Shown here: positions 11,936 through 25,399 of the stretch, piece after piece
Numbering within the stretch: position 1 is the first letter of the stretch
Layout of the letters: every line of letters starts with the position of its first letter
Assembly (NCBI RefSeq): GCF_963921235.1
Contig: NC_086097.1
Coordinates: forward strand, 216,754,001 to 216,818,000
Source: Mobula hypostoma
Lineage: Eukaryota
DNA length: 64,000 nucleotides
Direction of reading: 5' to 3'
Position numbers and translations under genes: made by a program
Notes under the pieces: model-generated
Seen by the model: the letters and a program-made list of their open reading frames with translations, nothing else
Told to the model about the DNA's origin: nothing
Database searches by the model: none

Positions 11936-13534
11936 CAGTTTAATCCTTGTGTGTATTAGTTATGAACAAAAACAGCACATTTCACTATAATCACTAATGT
12001 TCTTGTGATTAATCTGAGTCTGAAGCAAGCCACAACATACATATTATGATTTCGTGGAATTCGTTGTCACAGGCAGCTGTGGAGGCCAAGTCTTTACATA
12101 TACTTAAGGCAGAGGTTGATAGATTCTTGATTGGTCAGGGCATGAAGGGATATGGGAAGAAGGCAGGAGATTGGGGCTGAGAGGTCAAATGGATCAGCCT
12201 TGATGAAATGGCGGAGCAGACTTGATGGGCCAAATGGCCTAAATCTGCTCCTATATTTTATGGTCTTATTGAAAAGCCAAGACACTGTTAGGGAGCTAAG
12301 CTCCATGCATGTTCTTTATGTAAGTTACCCAATCTTATTGGGCACAAATTTCAGACTTTATCTGTCACATTTTCACCTGAGTCTTCTGAAGATAAATTCA
12401 TGCCACCTCATTATATGAAAAGTCCCAACATGAATGACCAATCTTGTCCTCAATCCACTGCACTGGCTGTCAGCTACTGTTGTGCAGTGACTCATTGTGT
12501 ACAGATCCTCTATGTAAATAGACCCCTAGAGCATGTGGTGTGCTGGTATCTGATCTGTTCACTGCAAGAGTTAAATTGAGTAATTGGTAGTGACTTATTT
12601 GTTTCTTTAGTCCTCAGTGGCTGGAACAATCAAATTAGAGGGGCTTGTTGGATGTGGAACAGCTACAAAGTGAACAGAAGACTAATATAATTTTACTTAC
12701 AATTACTTCAGCCTCATAGTCATGCTCCAGCAATCACCAGTACACTTTCCTTTAGGCCAGCGAACCAGTGACTATAGGGTTGCTACTGTCATTCTCCTGC
12801 TTCCAGCAATGATTTTGTATCACCTTTTGGAAAGGAGAGAAAAGTACATTTTTTTGTGAGATGTAATGTAATTGAGTGAAGAAGCTCTGCGGCATGGTAT
12901 ATAAGTGTGAGTTTTGTAGCTATGGTAAGTGTTTGAGATGGTGTGAATTTAACTTAGACATTATAATTGGTGGAGATGAATGCTGGAATTTGGGTTACAA
13001 CTTGTCTAATGTGCAGGACTAATGGTACAGTTGGTAGAGGACAGCAATTAAAAATGTCTTCACTAACATTGCAACTATTAATAATCTTTACAACTTTCTA
13101 GGTCCCAGAGGGTAGAGGTTGTCATCTCTTTCTCTTCAACTCAGGTGTTCAGAGTTATAGGAAAAATATGAGTGCCTACTCTTCGTTTTGGCTCAGTAGA
13201 CCATGACATGTTTGCCAAATTTAAGTTGATTACTATTTATCTTAGATAGAAAAAGGTGCCCAAGACAGCAATGAATTTTATCATTGTTGTCCTCTTTCAT
13301 TGGGAGGTTGCCAATAAGCTATGGAATTTGATCTGCAGGCTGGCAGATGACCTTTGTCTTCCAAATTTTTAATGGTCTATTTGTCATAAACTTCGGTGAG
13401 TTAGAGATGACTTCAAGCTGGAATATGTACATAACACAAGTATATTCCATATGGTAACTTGATGATTGATGTTGTAATGAACTTGGTTTTAAAGTGGAGA
13501 TGGACAAAGTTTTATATATATAGTTTCCTGTTTG

Positions 13535-14160
13535 GTTTGCTCCACTCCAACAAAAGCTGATTGGAAATGAGTCCCAATATTGATGGGCTGATTGGCCTGG
13601 TATGGAAGCACAAATGCCTTTGAACAGAAACCCCTACAATAGGTGTTGGATTCGGCCCAGAACATCACGGGTAAAGGCCTCCTCAACCACTGAGTGCATC
13701 TACATGAAACGCTGTCATAGGAAAACAGCATCCATCATCAGAGATTCTCACCACCCAGGCCATGCCCTTTTCTCACTGCTACCATTAGGTAGAAGGTACA
13801 AGAGCCTCAGGACTCACACCACCAGGTTCAAGAACAGTTATTACCCCACAATCATCAGGTTCCTGAACAAAAGGGAAAAGCTACACTCACTTGCCCATCC
13901 ATTGAGGTGTTCCACAGCCAACGATCTCACTTTATTACCCATTATCTTGTTATTTCATGTTCTGGTCATTTATTGCTATTTATTTATATTTGGAATTGCA
14001 CAGTTTGTTGTCTCCTGCTCTCTAGTTGATCTTTCATTGATCCTATTATAGTTTCTATTCTATAGATTTTGCTGAGTATGGCCGCAGGAAATTGTATCTC
14101 AGAGTAGTATGCAGTGACGTATATGTACTGTGATAATAAAATTTACTTTGAACTTTGAAT
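13535..14160 (+). mobile_element. Rex1/Babar-type LINE 3' fragment
   Basis: SIIRDSHHPGHALFSLLPLGRRYKSLRTHTTRFKNSYYPTIIRFLN plus (TTTGAAC)n tail. Confidence 0.8.
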
Positions 14161-15529
14161 TTTACAGTGAGGAAAGTGAGAGGGGAGCTGGTGTGACAGC
14201 CTTGCTTCTGTAATTGAGCAGTTTTGGACCTGTTAGTTAAGATAATGGCTTTCATATCATTGCATAGGAACACAACATATTTCTGAGGTCAGCAGAATTT
14301 GAGTTGTGGTCAGGTGGCCTTTGACCTGTGCCACCTGGTGACAGCAGGGCTACCTGATGACAACAGTAGATATTAGAAGATCTCGTCTCTGGCAATGTGA
14401 GTTAGAGTGATCAGAGTGTGAGGGGAGAACATCAGATGAGTGAGTGTGAATAAAGAAACGAAGAAGAAGGGACAGTGAAGGGAGGGTGAGTGGAGCAGGA
14501 GGAAGAATATTGGGGGTTCAGAATGGGAAAGGGAGGGAGGCAGAAAGAAGGGAACTGAGTGAGAGAGGGAAGGTGTACTGGAGGTGCTGAGGAGAGTATA
14601 TGAAGGTTATTTGAGAAATAGGGCATAGGAAATGCATGTGTGCATCGCAGAGCGAAAGCATACACTCTGACCTTCATGTCCATTATTTCTATGTCTGACG
14701 TTCATGCAGTAGAGCTTAATTTCCATTTGGTTGGTTTCTTGACATTGTTTGAAGAAGTCACTCTGTCAAGTCCCTGTGATAGCTTTAAAATGCAAGCTTG
14801 GTAGCAGTCTTCACTGAGTTCTCATGAAATTCAACCTCTGATTAAATGCTATTGCAAAATCAGCATGCTAGTGCTGGCTGTTCAATATAATCATGAAGAA
14901 GAGGTGAGAGCATGAAGGTTAAGCATCTCTGCATTAGATTAAACAGAGTGGGTTATTCATGCACTGGGTATCTTCTAGGACTATACAGTTTCTCTCCCTT
15001 CATGTTTCTGTGATAATTCATTCAGAATGCAACCATAGCAAATTCTCTGCCATATATATTTTTGTGTTTTGTCTCCGTACAAGCAAGTAAGCAATTTTCT
15101 ACTTGTTCAAATGAATGAATGCTTGCAAGCACGGAATTGGAAAATATAATCCTGTATGCCATTTTATAGAATATTGTTCATTTTTACATCGGAAATAATT
15201 TCAAAACTGTTCTCAACTTGTAAATTAAACTTCTAGTGTTGTTAAAAACATCTTAAATTACATATTAATGATACTACAGAATATTTTCACTGCAATCTTA
15301 AATGAAGTCCTCACCACCACTTAGAAGAGTGGAGGCTCCTTCACATTTGCAAAGAGGGGCCTTTAATCTACTTCAATATTTTTGGTGACTGAAGTTGGAA
15401 AACAAAGTTATTTTAAGTGAGAATTAAATAGGCATTTGGTAAAAATATCCAGAATCCGCTCCAGTGGACTTGATGATAATCTCTAAATGGTATCTCATAG
15501 GCATTCTACAAATTCCTTCTCTTGGCCTC

Positions 15530-16030
15530 CATCATTTCTATCAATGATCTGGATGATAATGTGGTTAACTGGATCAGCAAATTTGTGGATGACACCAAGA
15601 TTGGCGGTATAGTGCATCGCGAGGAAGGCTATCATGGCTTGCAGAGGGATCTGTATCTGCTAAGTGGCAGATGGAATTTTATGCCGACAAGTGCGAGGTT
15701 TTGCACTGTGGTTGGACCATCCAAAGTAAGTCTTACACAGTGAACAGTAGGGCACTGAGGAGTGCGGTAGAACAAAAGAACGTAGAAATACAGGTATATA
15801 ATTCATTGAAAGTGACGTCACATGTAAATAGGATCGTAAAGAAAGCTTTTGGCACATTGACCTTAATAAATCAATGTATTGAGTACAGGAGATGGGATCT
15901 TATGTTGAAATTGTATAAGACATTGATGAGGCCTAATTTGGAGTACTCTATGCAGTTTTGGTCACCTGCCTACAGGAAAGACATAATCAAGGTTGAAAGA
16001 ATGCAGAGAAAATTTACAATGATGTTGCTT
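15530..16030 (+). mobile_element. CR1 LINE RT fragment
   Basis: INDLDDNVVNWISKFVDDTKIGG (RT catalytic motif region) and LYKTLMRPNLEYSMQFWSP. Confidence 0.85.
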
Positions 16031-16235
16031 GATCAAGCCCACCTCTCCCACACCAAATTTAATCGTGCATTTAGCTTTTTGATCTCAATATTGCCAAACT
16101 GCATGTGGCTCATGTAACATATTGCAACTCTTCTTGTAATTTATAGTTTTATTTTACATGTATTGCAAATGAACTCCTGCCAAGAAACAACAAATTGCCT
16201 GACATATGCCAGTGATATTAAATGTGATATTAAAC

Positions 16236-16427
16236 GTGAGCAACACACACAAAATGCTGGAGGAACTCAGCAGGCCAGGCAACAACTATGGAAAAGATTC
16301 AGGCCGAGATTCTTCACCAGGAACATCGACTGTACTCTTTTCTATAGATGCTGCCTGGCTTGCTGAGTACCTCCAGCATTTTGCATGTGTTGCTTGGATT
16401 TCCAGCATCTGCAGATTTTCTCTTGTT
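16236..16427. mobile_element. Palindromic Penelope-terminus-derived insertion with 13-bp duplication
   Basis: Two inverted halves of the Penelope terminal repeat, flanked by TGTGATATTAAAC at 16223-16235 and 16428-16440. Confidence 0.75.
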
Positions 16428-16602
16428 TGTGATATTAAACCTGATTCTGAACAGTCCATGGATTATTACCTTTTTGGTTCTGCATTTTAATTTAATCCCT
16501 AGCAGAACATCTTTCCTTGTTCCTCCTACATTGTTGGTACCCACATGGACCACAACAGTTGGATCTTTTCTCTCTCACTCCAAATTCCTCTGCAGATCAG
16601 AT

Positions 16603-17392
16603 CATAGTAACAGTCATAGTCATAGTCATACTTTATTAATCCCGGGGGAAATTGGTTTTCGTTACAGTTGCACCATAAATAATTAAATAGTAATATGTAA
16701 ATTATGCCAGGAAATAAGTCCAGGACCAGCCTAATGGCTCAGGGTGTCTGACCCTCCAAGGGAGGAGTTGTAAAGTTTGATGGCCACAGGCAGGAATGAC
16801 TTCCTATGACACTCTGTGCTGCATCTCGGTGGAATGAGTCTCTGGCTGAATGTACTCCTGTGCCCACCCAGTACATTATGTAGTCATAGTCATAGTCATA
16901 GTCATACTTTATTAATCCCGGGGGAAATTGGTTTTCGTTACAGTTGCTCCATAAATAATAAATAGTAATAGAACCATAAATAGTTAAATAGTAATATGTA
17001 AATTATGCCAGTAAATTATGAAATAAGTCCAGGACCAGCCTATTGGCTCAGGGTGTCTGACCCTCCAAGGGAGGAGTTGTAAAGTTTGATGGCCACAGGC
17101 AGGAATGACTTCCTATGACGCTCTGTGCTGCATCTCGGTGGAATGAGTCTCTGGCTGAATGTACTCCTGTGCCCACCCAGTACATTATGTAGTGGATGGG
17201 AGACATTGACCAAGATGGCATGCGACTTAGACAGCATCCTCTTTTCAGACAGCACCGTGAGAGAGTCCAGTTCCATCCCCACAACATCACTGGCCTTACG
17301 AATGAATTTGTTGATTCTGTTGGTGTCTGCTACCCTCAGCCTGCTGCCCCAGCACACAACAGCAAACATGATCGCACTGGCCACCACAGACT
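16603..17392 (-). mobile_element. Young Rex1/Babar-type LINE with tandemly duplicated 3' end
   Basis: ORF 17040-17417 (VVASAIMFAVVCWGS...CSTERHRKSFLPVAIKLYN). 16603-16883 repeats 16884-17192, and each starts with a (CATAGT)n tail. Confidence 0.85.
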
Positions 17393-18221
17393 CTGTGGTG
17401 CACCATAAGAGCACCACATCTCACAGATGAGATGTCTCAAACCTGGGCACCTGGCAGACAGTGCAGCATTCTCGACTTTCATCCTTGTGACTAGTCACCT
17501 GACTATATTATCCCCAATTAATCTACATTTCTCTTCTCTCTCCCCCCTGTGCTGTACTGCTCTATGTATTGCTTGTCCTCAACAACTGGTAAGGTTGTTA
17601 CATCTGATCGTAAGTACACTCAGGTGGTTGTAAAAGGTTCTGATGGCAGAAGAATTATCTCAATATCCAATGTTTACACCTAAAACTACGTCAGTGATAT
17701 CAATTATCTGATCTTTGACACATTGGTTTTGTGGTCACTTCCTCTACGCAAATTTGTAGCCATGTTTCCTGCATTACAACCGTGACATATTTTTCAGATA
17801 AACCCAACTATACTTTAGAAAGGTTTATGTTATTGCAAAACAGATACTGTTTTCTGTAACCTGCAACTGACAACCTTCGTGCATCTAGATCATCAAAGGC
17901 TCCACTTATAAAAGTACAGCAGCAATGATTTCTGAATTTGAAAAGGTTTAAAGTCACTGACAAAAATCATGAAATGCGTTGTTTTGTGGCAGCGGTATAG
18001 TGCATCGTAATAAATAACTATAAGTAACAATAACTGTGAATAAATAGTGCAAGAAAGGAATGCCGAGGTGGAGTAATGAGTTCATAGATCATACAGAAAT
18101 TTGATTGCAGAGGGATGAAGCTCTTCCTAAAACATTGTTTGTGGGCTCCTCTACCTTCTCCATTCTGGTAGTAGTGAGAAGAGGGCATATCCTGGGTGGT
18201 GCGGGTCTTTAATGATGGATA

Positions 18222-21160
18222 AGACCATAAGACATAAGAGCAGAATTAAGAAATTCAGCTCATCAAATCCGCTCAGCCATTTTATCATGGCTGATCCTGG
18301 ATCCCATTCAACCTCATACAGCATACAGCCCTCTCACCATATGATGCCCCACTAACCAGGAATCTATAAATATACCCATGGACTTGGCCTCCACCATGGT
18401 CTGTGGCAGAGCATTCCACAGTTCACCACTCTTTGGCTAAAAAAAAATTCCTCCTTACCTCTGTTCTAGAAGGTTGCCCCTGAATTCTGAGGCTGTGCCC
18501 TCTAGTTCTGGATACCCCCACAAGTGGAAACATCCTCTCAACATCCACATTATCTAGTCCTTTCAACATTCAGTAGGTCTCAGTGAGATCTCCCCCTCCC
18601 CCACCCACTTCTAAATTCCAGTGAGTTCAGGCCCAAAGCTGCCTAATGCTCCTCTGAACTCTCTTCAATGAAAATACATCCTTTCTATGATAAGGGGCCC
18701 AAGACTGTTGACAATACTCCAAGTTCAGCCTGACTACTGTCTTATAAAGCTTCAGCATTATCTCCTTGTTTTTGTATTCTATCCTCCTTGAAATAGATTA
18801 GATTATGAGGACGTTCAGTCCTCATTTATTGTCATTTAGAAATGCATACAAGCATTAAGAAATGATACAATGTTCCTCCAGAGTGATATCACAAAAAAAA
18901 GGACAAACCAAAGACTAACACTGACAAGACCACATAATTATAACATATAGTTACAGCAGTGCAAAGCAATACCATAATTTGATAAAGAACAGACCATGGG
19001 AACGGTAAAAAAAAGTCTCAAGGTTCCGATTGACTCCTGATAGTCCCTGATAGCAGGCGGCAGAAGAGAGAAACTCTCTCTGCCATAAACCTCTAGGCAC
19101 CGACAACTGTCAATGCATTGGAAGCACCCGATCCCAGCCAGCTCTGAGTCCGTCCAAAAACTTCGAGCCTCCTACCAGCCCTTCGACACCGAGCACCACC
19201 TCTGCCGAGCGCTTCAACCCTGTCCCGGCCGTCGAGCAACAAGCAAAGCCCAGGATTCGGGGCCTTCCGCTCTGGAGATTCTGGATCACACAGTAACAGC
19301 AGCAGCGAAAAAGACATTTCAGAAGTTTCTCCAGATGTTCCTCCGTTCTCTCACATCTGTCTCCATCAAATCAGAATTGTGCACGGCACCCTACTTGACA
19401 GATTACAGATATCATTCACCGGAGTGGCAGCGCAAGCTGTGTCGCGCCACCATCTTCTCTTCCTCCTCCTAATAAATGCCAACATTGCACTTGCCTTCTT
19501 TACCACAGACTCAGCCTGTGAAATAACTTTCTGGGTCTCTTGCACGAGGACTCCCAAGTCCCTTTGCGCCTCTGATGTTTAAATGTTATCCCTATTTAGG
19601 TAATAATCTGCACTATTGTTCCTTTTACCAAAATGTATTATCATACATTTCCCAACACTGTATTCTATCTGTCATATTTTTGCCCATTTTTCCCGTTTGT
19701 CTAAGTCCTGCTGCAATTGCATTGTTTCCTCAACACTACCTACCCCTCCACCTATCTTCGTATCATCTGGAAACTTTGACACAAAGCCATCAATTCCATT
19801 ATCTAAATCACTGACAAACAATGTGAAAAGCAGCGGTCCCAATACTGATCCCTTAAGAACACCACTAGTCACTGGCAGCCAACCAGAAAAGGACCCCTTT
19901 ATTCCCACTGGCTGCCTCCTGCCTGTCAGCCATTCCTCTATCCATGCCAGTATACTTCCTGTAACACTATAGGATTTTATCTTGTTCAGCAGCCTCATGT
20001 GAGGCACCTTATCAAATGCCTTCTGAAAATCTAAGTAAATGACATCTACCTGCCTTGCCTTTGTCCAGCCTTCGAAGAATTCCAACACAGTTGTCAGGCG
20101 AGAGCTCCCTTTACAGAAAACATGCTGACTTTGACCTATTTTATCATTAGTCTCCAAGCTTCTGAAACCTTATCCTTAATAATGGACTCCAACACTTTCC
20201 CAACCACTGAAGTTAGGCTAATTGGCCTATAATTTCCTCTCTTTTGTCTTCCTTCCTTCTTAATGAGTGGAGTGCCATTTGCAATTTTCCAGACCTCCAG
20301 GACCATGTCAGAATCAAGTGATTCTTGAAAGATCATGACCAATACATCCATTATCTCTTCAGCAACATCGCTCAAGACTCTGGGATGTAGTCTATCTGGT
20401 CCAGGTGACTTATCCACCTTAAGACCTTTCAGATTGCCTACCACATTTTCCTTTGTAATAGCAATGGCAGTCACTCCTACTCTGTGACTCATGAATCTCT
20501 GGCATACAGCTAGTGTCTTCCACAGTAACGACAAAAGCAAAGTTCATCTGCCATTTCTTTGTCCCCTCTTACTACCTCCCCAACATCATTTTCCAATGGT
20601 CCAATATCAACTCTCACCTCCCTTTTATTCTTTATATAATTGAAAAATCTTTTAGTATCCTGCTTTATATTATTGAATAGTTTGCCCTAATAGTTCATCT
20701 TTTCCCTTCTTATAGCTTTATTTAGTTGTCTTTTGTTGGATTTCAAAAATTTCCCAGTCATCCAACTTCCCACTCATTTTTACTACATTATATGGCCTTT
20801 CCTTGGCTTTTATGCAGTCCTTAACTTCCCTTGTCAGCCATGATTGCCTAGCCCTGCCACTTGAGAACAACTTCTTCTGTGGGACATAGCTATCCTGTGC
20901 TTTCCTGAACTATGCCCAGAGCTATTCTGATCTATTCCCAGAAACTTCAGCCACCTCTGTTCTGCCATCATCCGCTCCAGTATCCCCCTCCAATCCACCT
21001 GGGCAAGCTCCTCTCTCATGCCTCTGTAATTCCCTTTATTCCATTGCGATATTGATGCATGTGACTAGTGCTTTTCTCTCTCAAATTGCAGCATGAATTC
21101 AATTATATTATGTCCACTGTCTCCTAAGGGTTCCTTTACATTAAACTCCCTAATAAGATG
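18222..21160 (-). mobile_element. Long decayed CR1 ORF2 (RT) fragment, interrupted at ~18795-19470
   Basis: KSPGPDRLHPRVL, NYRPISLTSVVGKVLESII, DVIYLDFQKAFDKVPH, SVLGPLLF, SKFPDDTKIGG, with frameshifts. Confidence 0.9.
18795..19470 (-). mobile_element. Non-autonomous GC-rich retroposon inserted in CR1
   Basis: Splits CR1 sequence TTGAAATA|AATGCCAAC with AATA duplicated. Tail carries the hairpin ATGAGGAC-GTTCA-GTCCTCAT and (AGATT)n. Confidence 0.6.
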
Positions 21161-21549
21161 GATAATCATTAGTGACTCATCATTAAGTGACATGATGAAC
21201 TAGTATATAAGTATGTTTTGTTATAGAAAGGGTAACATCTCCTCAGGCCATGTCACTTAATGCTTGAGGGTCTTGGAACATCTGGGGACAGTAGAATTTG
21301 AAACAGGTGGTACGAAAATTCATTTCTGGCCCTTGAAAGAACAGTGGGGTGAGGGTGGGTTTCAGAAAGGTTAAAGGAAAAAATGGGACATATTTACTGC
21401 TATATTTTGAAAATGATTATCCCAGCAACAATTGACAGCAGTCATTCTCAGGGTGATTTGTTTACCCACATTGGTCCCTACTGAACTGAAGTGAAATCAT
21501 CCTGATGTAGAAGTTCTTCATCAGAGACATACCCAGTTGAAATTCCAGA

Positions 21550-24490
21550 AAGAAGTGAATTAACACAGAAATGGCCCACACAGGATAAAAACAAAGTTGA
21601 GGGAAAACATATACATGAATTTCTAGGAATGGATAATTTCTAAATGTCAAGGAAATTGAAAAGCATTCCAAACATTAATAGCGTTGATAGAATGTAAACC
21701 TGGGGAATAATTAATTAGTTGTCTGTCAAAGAATTTCACACGAGATTTGGGTTGGTGGGTGGGCATTTGTTGGGCCCTTTTAAGTCACGTTAGGCTCAAA
21801 TGCCTCACAGGGCCTTGCCAATCAAGTCCAGGATGCAAGCTAGATTTTTTGGATCTGAAACAAGTAAGTGAAGGGTAATGAGGAATCTGAACCATGAGAA
21901 CAGACAACAAGCTCCTCTTAGCAAATTCACTAGAACTAAGATCACAGAATAGAGTTGGAACCATGGTATCTTATGCTGCTTGAAAGATCGTTGATTTTGT
22001 TGAAAGAGTAGGATGAATAGAATACTGGAACTGCCAAAGAACAAATGACACTTAAGATATCATTGTCCTTTTCGCTTTTAGAGAGTATTTTGACATTTGT
22101 GGTGTGGCATGAATCTGTTGTCATGAAATATATCAGGCTTTAACAAATCGGTGTTCTCTCTGTCACAAGTAAATTATTCTTTAGTGTTATTTTATCAATT
22201 GCATCTATTTATGCTGCATTATGAGTTCAGCCTGACCCTATGGTTCCCTTTTGAATAAACCTATTTGTTCTTTGTTTCATTTAACCTGACATATACAGAT
22301 CGTAAAAGATTAACTTTGAGTATTAAGTTTACAACCATCAGACCAGAACACAGAGGAGCAGAATTAGGCCATTCAGCACATTAAGTCTGTTCTACTATTC
22401 CATCATGGCCTATTTATTTTTCCTCTCAACCCCATTCTCCTACTCTTTTCCTGTTGCTGTTGCATGAATGAAGTCACCAGAGAAAAGTATTGGCAGCTAT
22501 GAAGCAGGTTCTTTATTCAATAAAACAAGATAAAGCAGGGATCATATGGAGACACTTTCAGTGGAAAGGTCTGGCTGGCCCAAAGTTGGGCTTGGTATTT
22601 TATGTACTAAAGGATAATTCCATATTTACAATGTATCTACAATGCTTTCTTTGAAACTACAGACAACTTTCGTACCTCTCGATTCGCACCCACACCACAG
22701 ACATCCAAATGAAATTTAATCAGCATTGTCTGCTCTGGGATTCATGGATTTTAAGAACCATTGTTTCAGAGCTGTACTCCAAAGTACTTTGTAAATCCAC
22801 AATTTATACTCAGACCCAAAGAATGGTGGCCAAAGTCATCTGCTAAGTATAAATATGCTAAACCCAAAAATCACTCTAAGACCTGTAATTTCATATGTGG
22901 CAATGAATTCCACAGATACACCAGACCCTGGCTAAAAAATCTCGCCTCACTCTGTTCTAAATGGATGTCCTTGTATTCTGATGCTGTTCCCTTTGCTCCA
23001 AGACTCTCCCACTATTGGAAACATCCTCTCCACATCCACTCTGACTAGGCTTTTCAATATTCAATAGGTTTCAATGAGATTCCCCTTATTCTTCTAAACT
23101 GCAGCCTATAGACCTAGACAGCAGGCCTAGAGGCATCAGACACTCCTCATACAGTATGTTAACTTATTCATTCCCAGGATCATTTTCATGAACCTCCTCT
23201 GGACTCTCTCCAATATCAGCATATTCTTTCTTAGATAAGAGGCCCAAAACATCTCACAGTACTCCAAGTGCAGTCTAACCAATACCTTATAAAGCCTCAG
23301 GATTACATCCTTGCTTTTATATTCTAGTCCTCGTGAAATGAATACTATCAATGCATTTGCCTTCCATACCTGCACCAAATGTACATTTCAATGGACATGT
23401 AATTTGCATGGTTGCTCTATTAAATTTATTAATTGATATTTGAGTTATACTGAGATGCTTTTGTCTGATTTTTGATTCCGATATCTCTGAAAAGTCATAA
23501 CCAAAATTCAGCATTGTGATTTTTATCAACGGCCTAGGTTCTTGATTAGTATGGGTATCAAAGGTTACAGGAAGAAGGTAGGAGAATAGGCTTGAGGGGG
23601 ATAATAAGTCAGCTATGATGGAATGGCAGATGGGCCAAATGGTCTAATTTTCTTCTATATCTTAAGATTCTAAGGTCGAGTCCACAGTTTTTTTGCAATA
23701 AATGTATGCAAGAAACCAACACGGTTGTACAAATACAAAACCAATACATTTTGTCAATCTATACTGTAACATAATCTTGTCAACTAAGATATCCAATTGA
23801 AAGTTCATCAGTAATTCAACAATATAACACCTGAAAACAACTGACTGGAATTCTGTAAACACAAGGAACTTAAGCAATTAAACAAACTATGGACATTTTT
23901 TTCTTTGCTAACTAAGTGAGAATAATAAAATAGTCACCAATGAGCAAGAAATTTCAGCTGAGAACTTTTATCTTGAATTCTAAATGTTTAAATACTCGAT
24001 ATGCAATCCTGTCAGCTAACATAGTGCTAGAAATTTAGAAAATGTACCCCTGTGTGTCACAGAGGCCTATGGAAAATGTCTATCCCATTTTACTTCTGTC
24101 CTTAATATATGGCTTACGTTAATCTAGGATCTTCTAGTTGGAAGGATTGTTCAATACTAGATTACAGGGTTTTGACTTCTTTTGTAAGTGGTTTGTTTGC
24201 GAATCTCACACCTGAGGCAGGGACAAGTTCATGTGCACCCCTTGTATTTCAGCCTTCACAAAAAGTTCTTTGCTCTCATTCAACTTACTCCAATCCATTG
24301 TACTATATAGTATTTTCCCGAGTTTTTCTGCAGTTTCCCTATTTCCTCAACACTACCTGCCCCTCCATCTATCTTTATATCGTCTGTAAACTCGGCTCAA
24401 AGACACCAATTCTATCATCCAAATCATTGACATATAACATGAAAAGAAGAGGCCCCAATATCGACACCACTAGTCACCAGCAGCCGAACA
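21550..24490 (+). repeat. Segmental duplication copy A
   Basis: 21550-22440, 22890-23095 and 24015-24490 align collinearly with 27655-29322. Confidence 0.9.
22455..22881. mobile_element. Putative solo LTR inserted in a CR1 tail
   Basis: Starts TG, flanked by CCTGT at 22450-22454 and 22882-22886. Absent from duplication copy B. Confidence 0.55.
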
Positions 24491-24830
24491 CAAAAGGCCC
24501 CTTTTGTTCTCACTCTTTGCCTCCTACCAGACAACCAATCTTCTATCTTTACTGTACTACCATGGGCTCTTATCTTGTTAAGCAGCCTGATGTGCAGCAT
24601 CTTGTCAAAGACCTTCCGAAAACCCAAGCAAACAATATCCACTGAGTCTCCTTTGCCTATCCTGCCTGTTATTTCCTCAAAGAATTCCAACAGAATAACT
24701 GTCAGGTAAGATTTCTCATTAAGGAAACCACGCTGACTTCGGCCAATTTTATCATGTGCTTAAAATACCCCAAAACCTCATCCTCAGTACTGTACTCTAG
24801 CATCTTCCCGACCTCTGAAGTCAAGCGAAC
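24320..24830 (-). mobile_element. CR1 LINE RT fragment
   Basis: EFFEEITGRIGKGDSVDIVCLGFRKVFDKMLH...IEDWLSGRRQRV. Confidence 0.8.
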
Positions 24831-25290
24831 TGATCATGGAAAACAATCTGTCTTTAAAATGCACTCGATGATGGTGATAATGGCTGCATTTCTTTGAGTA
24901 CTGTTCTCCTGTTTTCCAAAGATGCTGTTCTCACATTCCAACAGAAAGATAACTTAAGATTAAGCCTTAAATCATTTTCCATTTTGCTGGAATGGGAATT
25001 GAAGAATGGTGTAAGGCTTAATATTGGCCTTTCCATACATTCCCTATACAAATTCCTTTGGTCTAATATCAGACGACAAAGAAGTCCTCCAGCTGTATCA
25101 CACAAAATGCTGGAGGAACTCAGCAGGACAGGCAGCAGCTATAGAGAAAAGTATAGTCAGCGTTTTGGGCTGAAGCCCTTTGGCAGGACTGTTTTTTTGT
25201 GATGTGCTGAGCTGTCTCCACAACTCTCTGTTATTTCTTATGTTCTCAGGTAGAGCAGTTGTCACACCAAGCCATGATCTTTGATGATGT

Positions 25291-25399
25291 TAGTTAGTTA
25301 GTCCTGACGAAGGGTCTCAGCCTGAAACGTCGACTGCACCTCTTCCTACAGATGCTGCCTGGCCTGCTGCGTTCACCAGCAACTTTGATGTGTGTTGCT
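25291..25399 (+). mobile_element. ~110-bp Penelope-derived mini-element carrying a hammerhead
   Basis: Flanked by the 16-bp direct repeat TGATCTTTGATGATGT (25275-25290, 25400-25415). Confidence 0.85.
25300..25335 (+). ncRNA. Minimal type I hammerhead ribozyme motif
   Basis: AGTC-CTGACGA-AGG-GTCTCAG-CCT-GAAAC-GTC^GACT: stem I AGTC/GACT, core CUGANGA and GAAA, stem II AGG/CCU, palindromic ACGU stem III, GUC cleavage triplet. Confidence 0.8.

Noticed and set aside
21942..22124. Minus-strand ORF inside the duplicated block
   Set aside because: Copy B is frameshifted near the ATG, and differences between copies are mostly non-synonymous.
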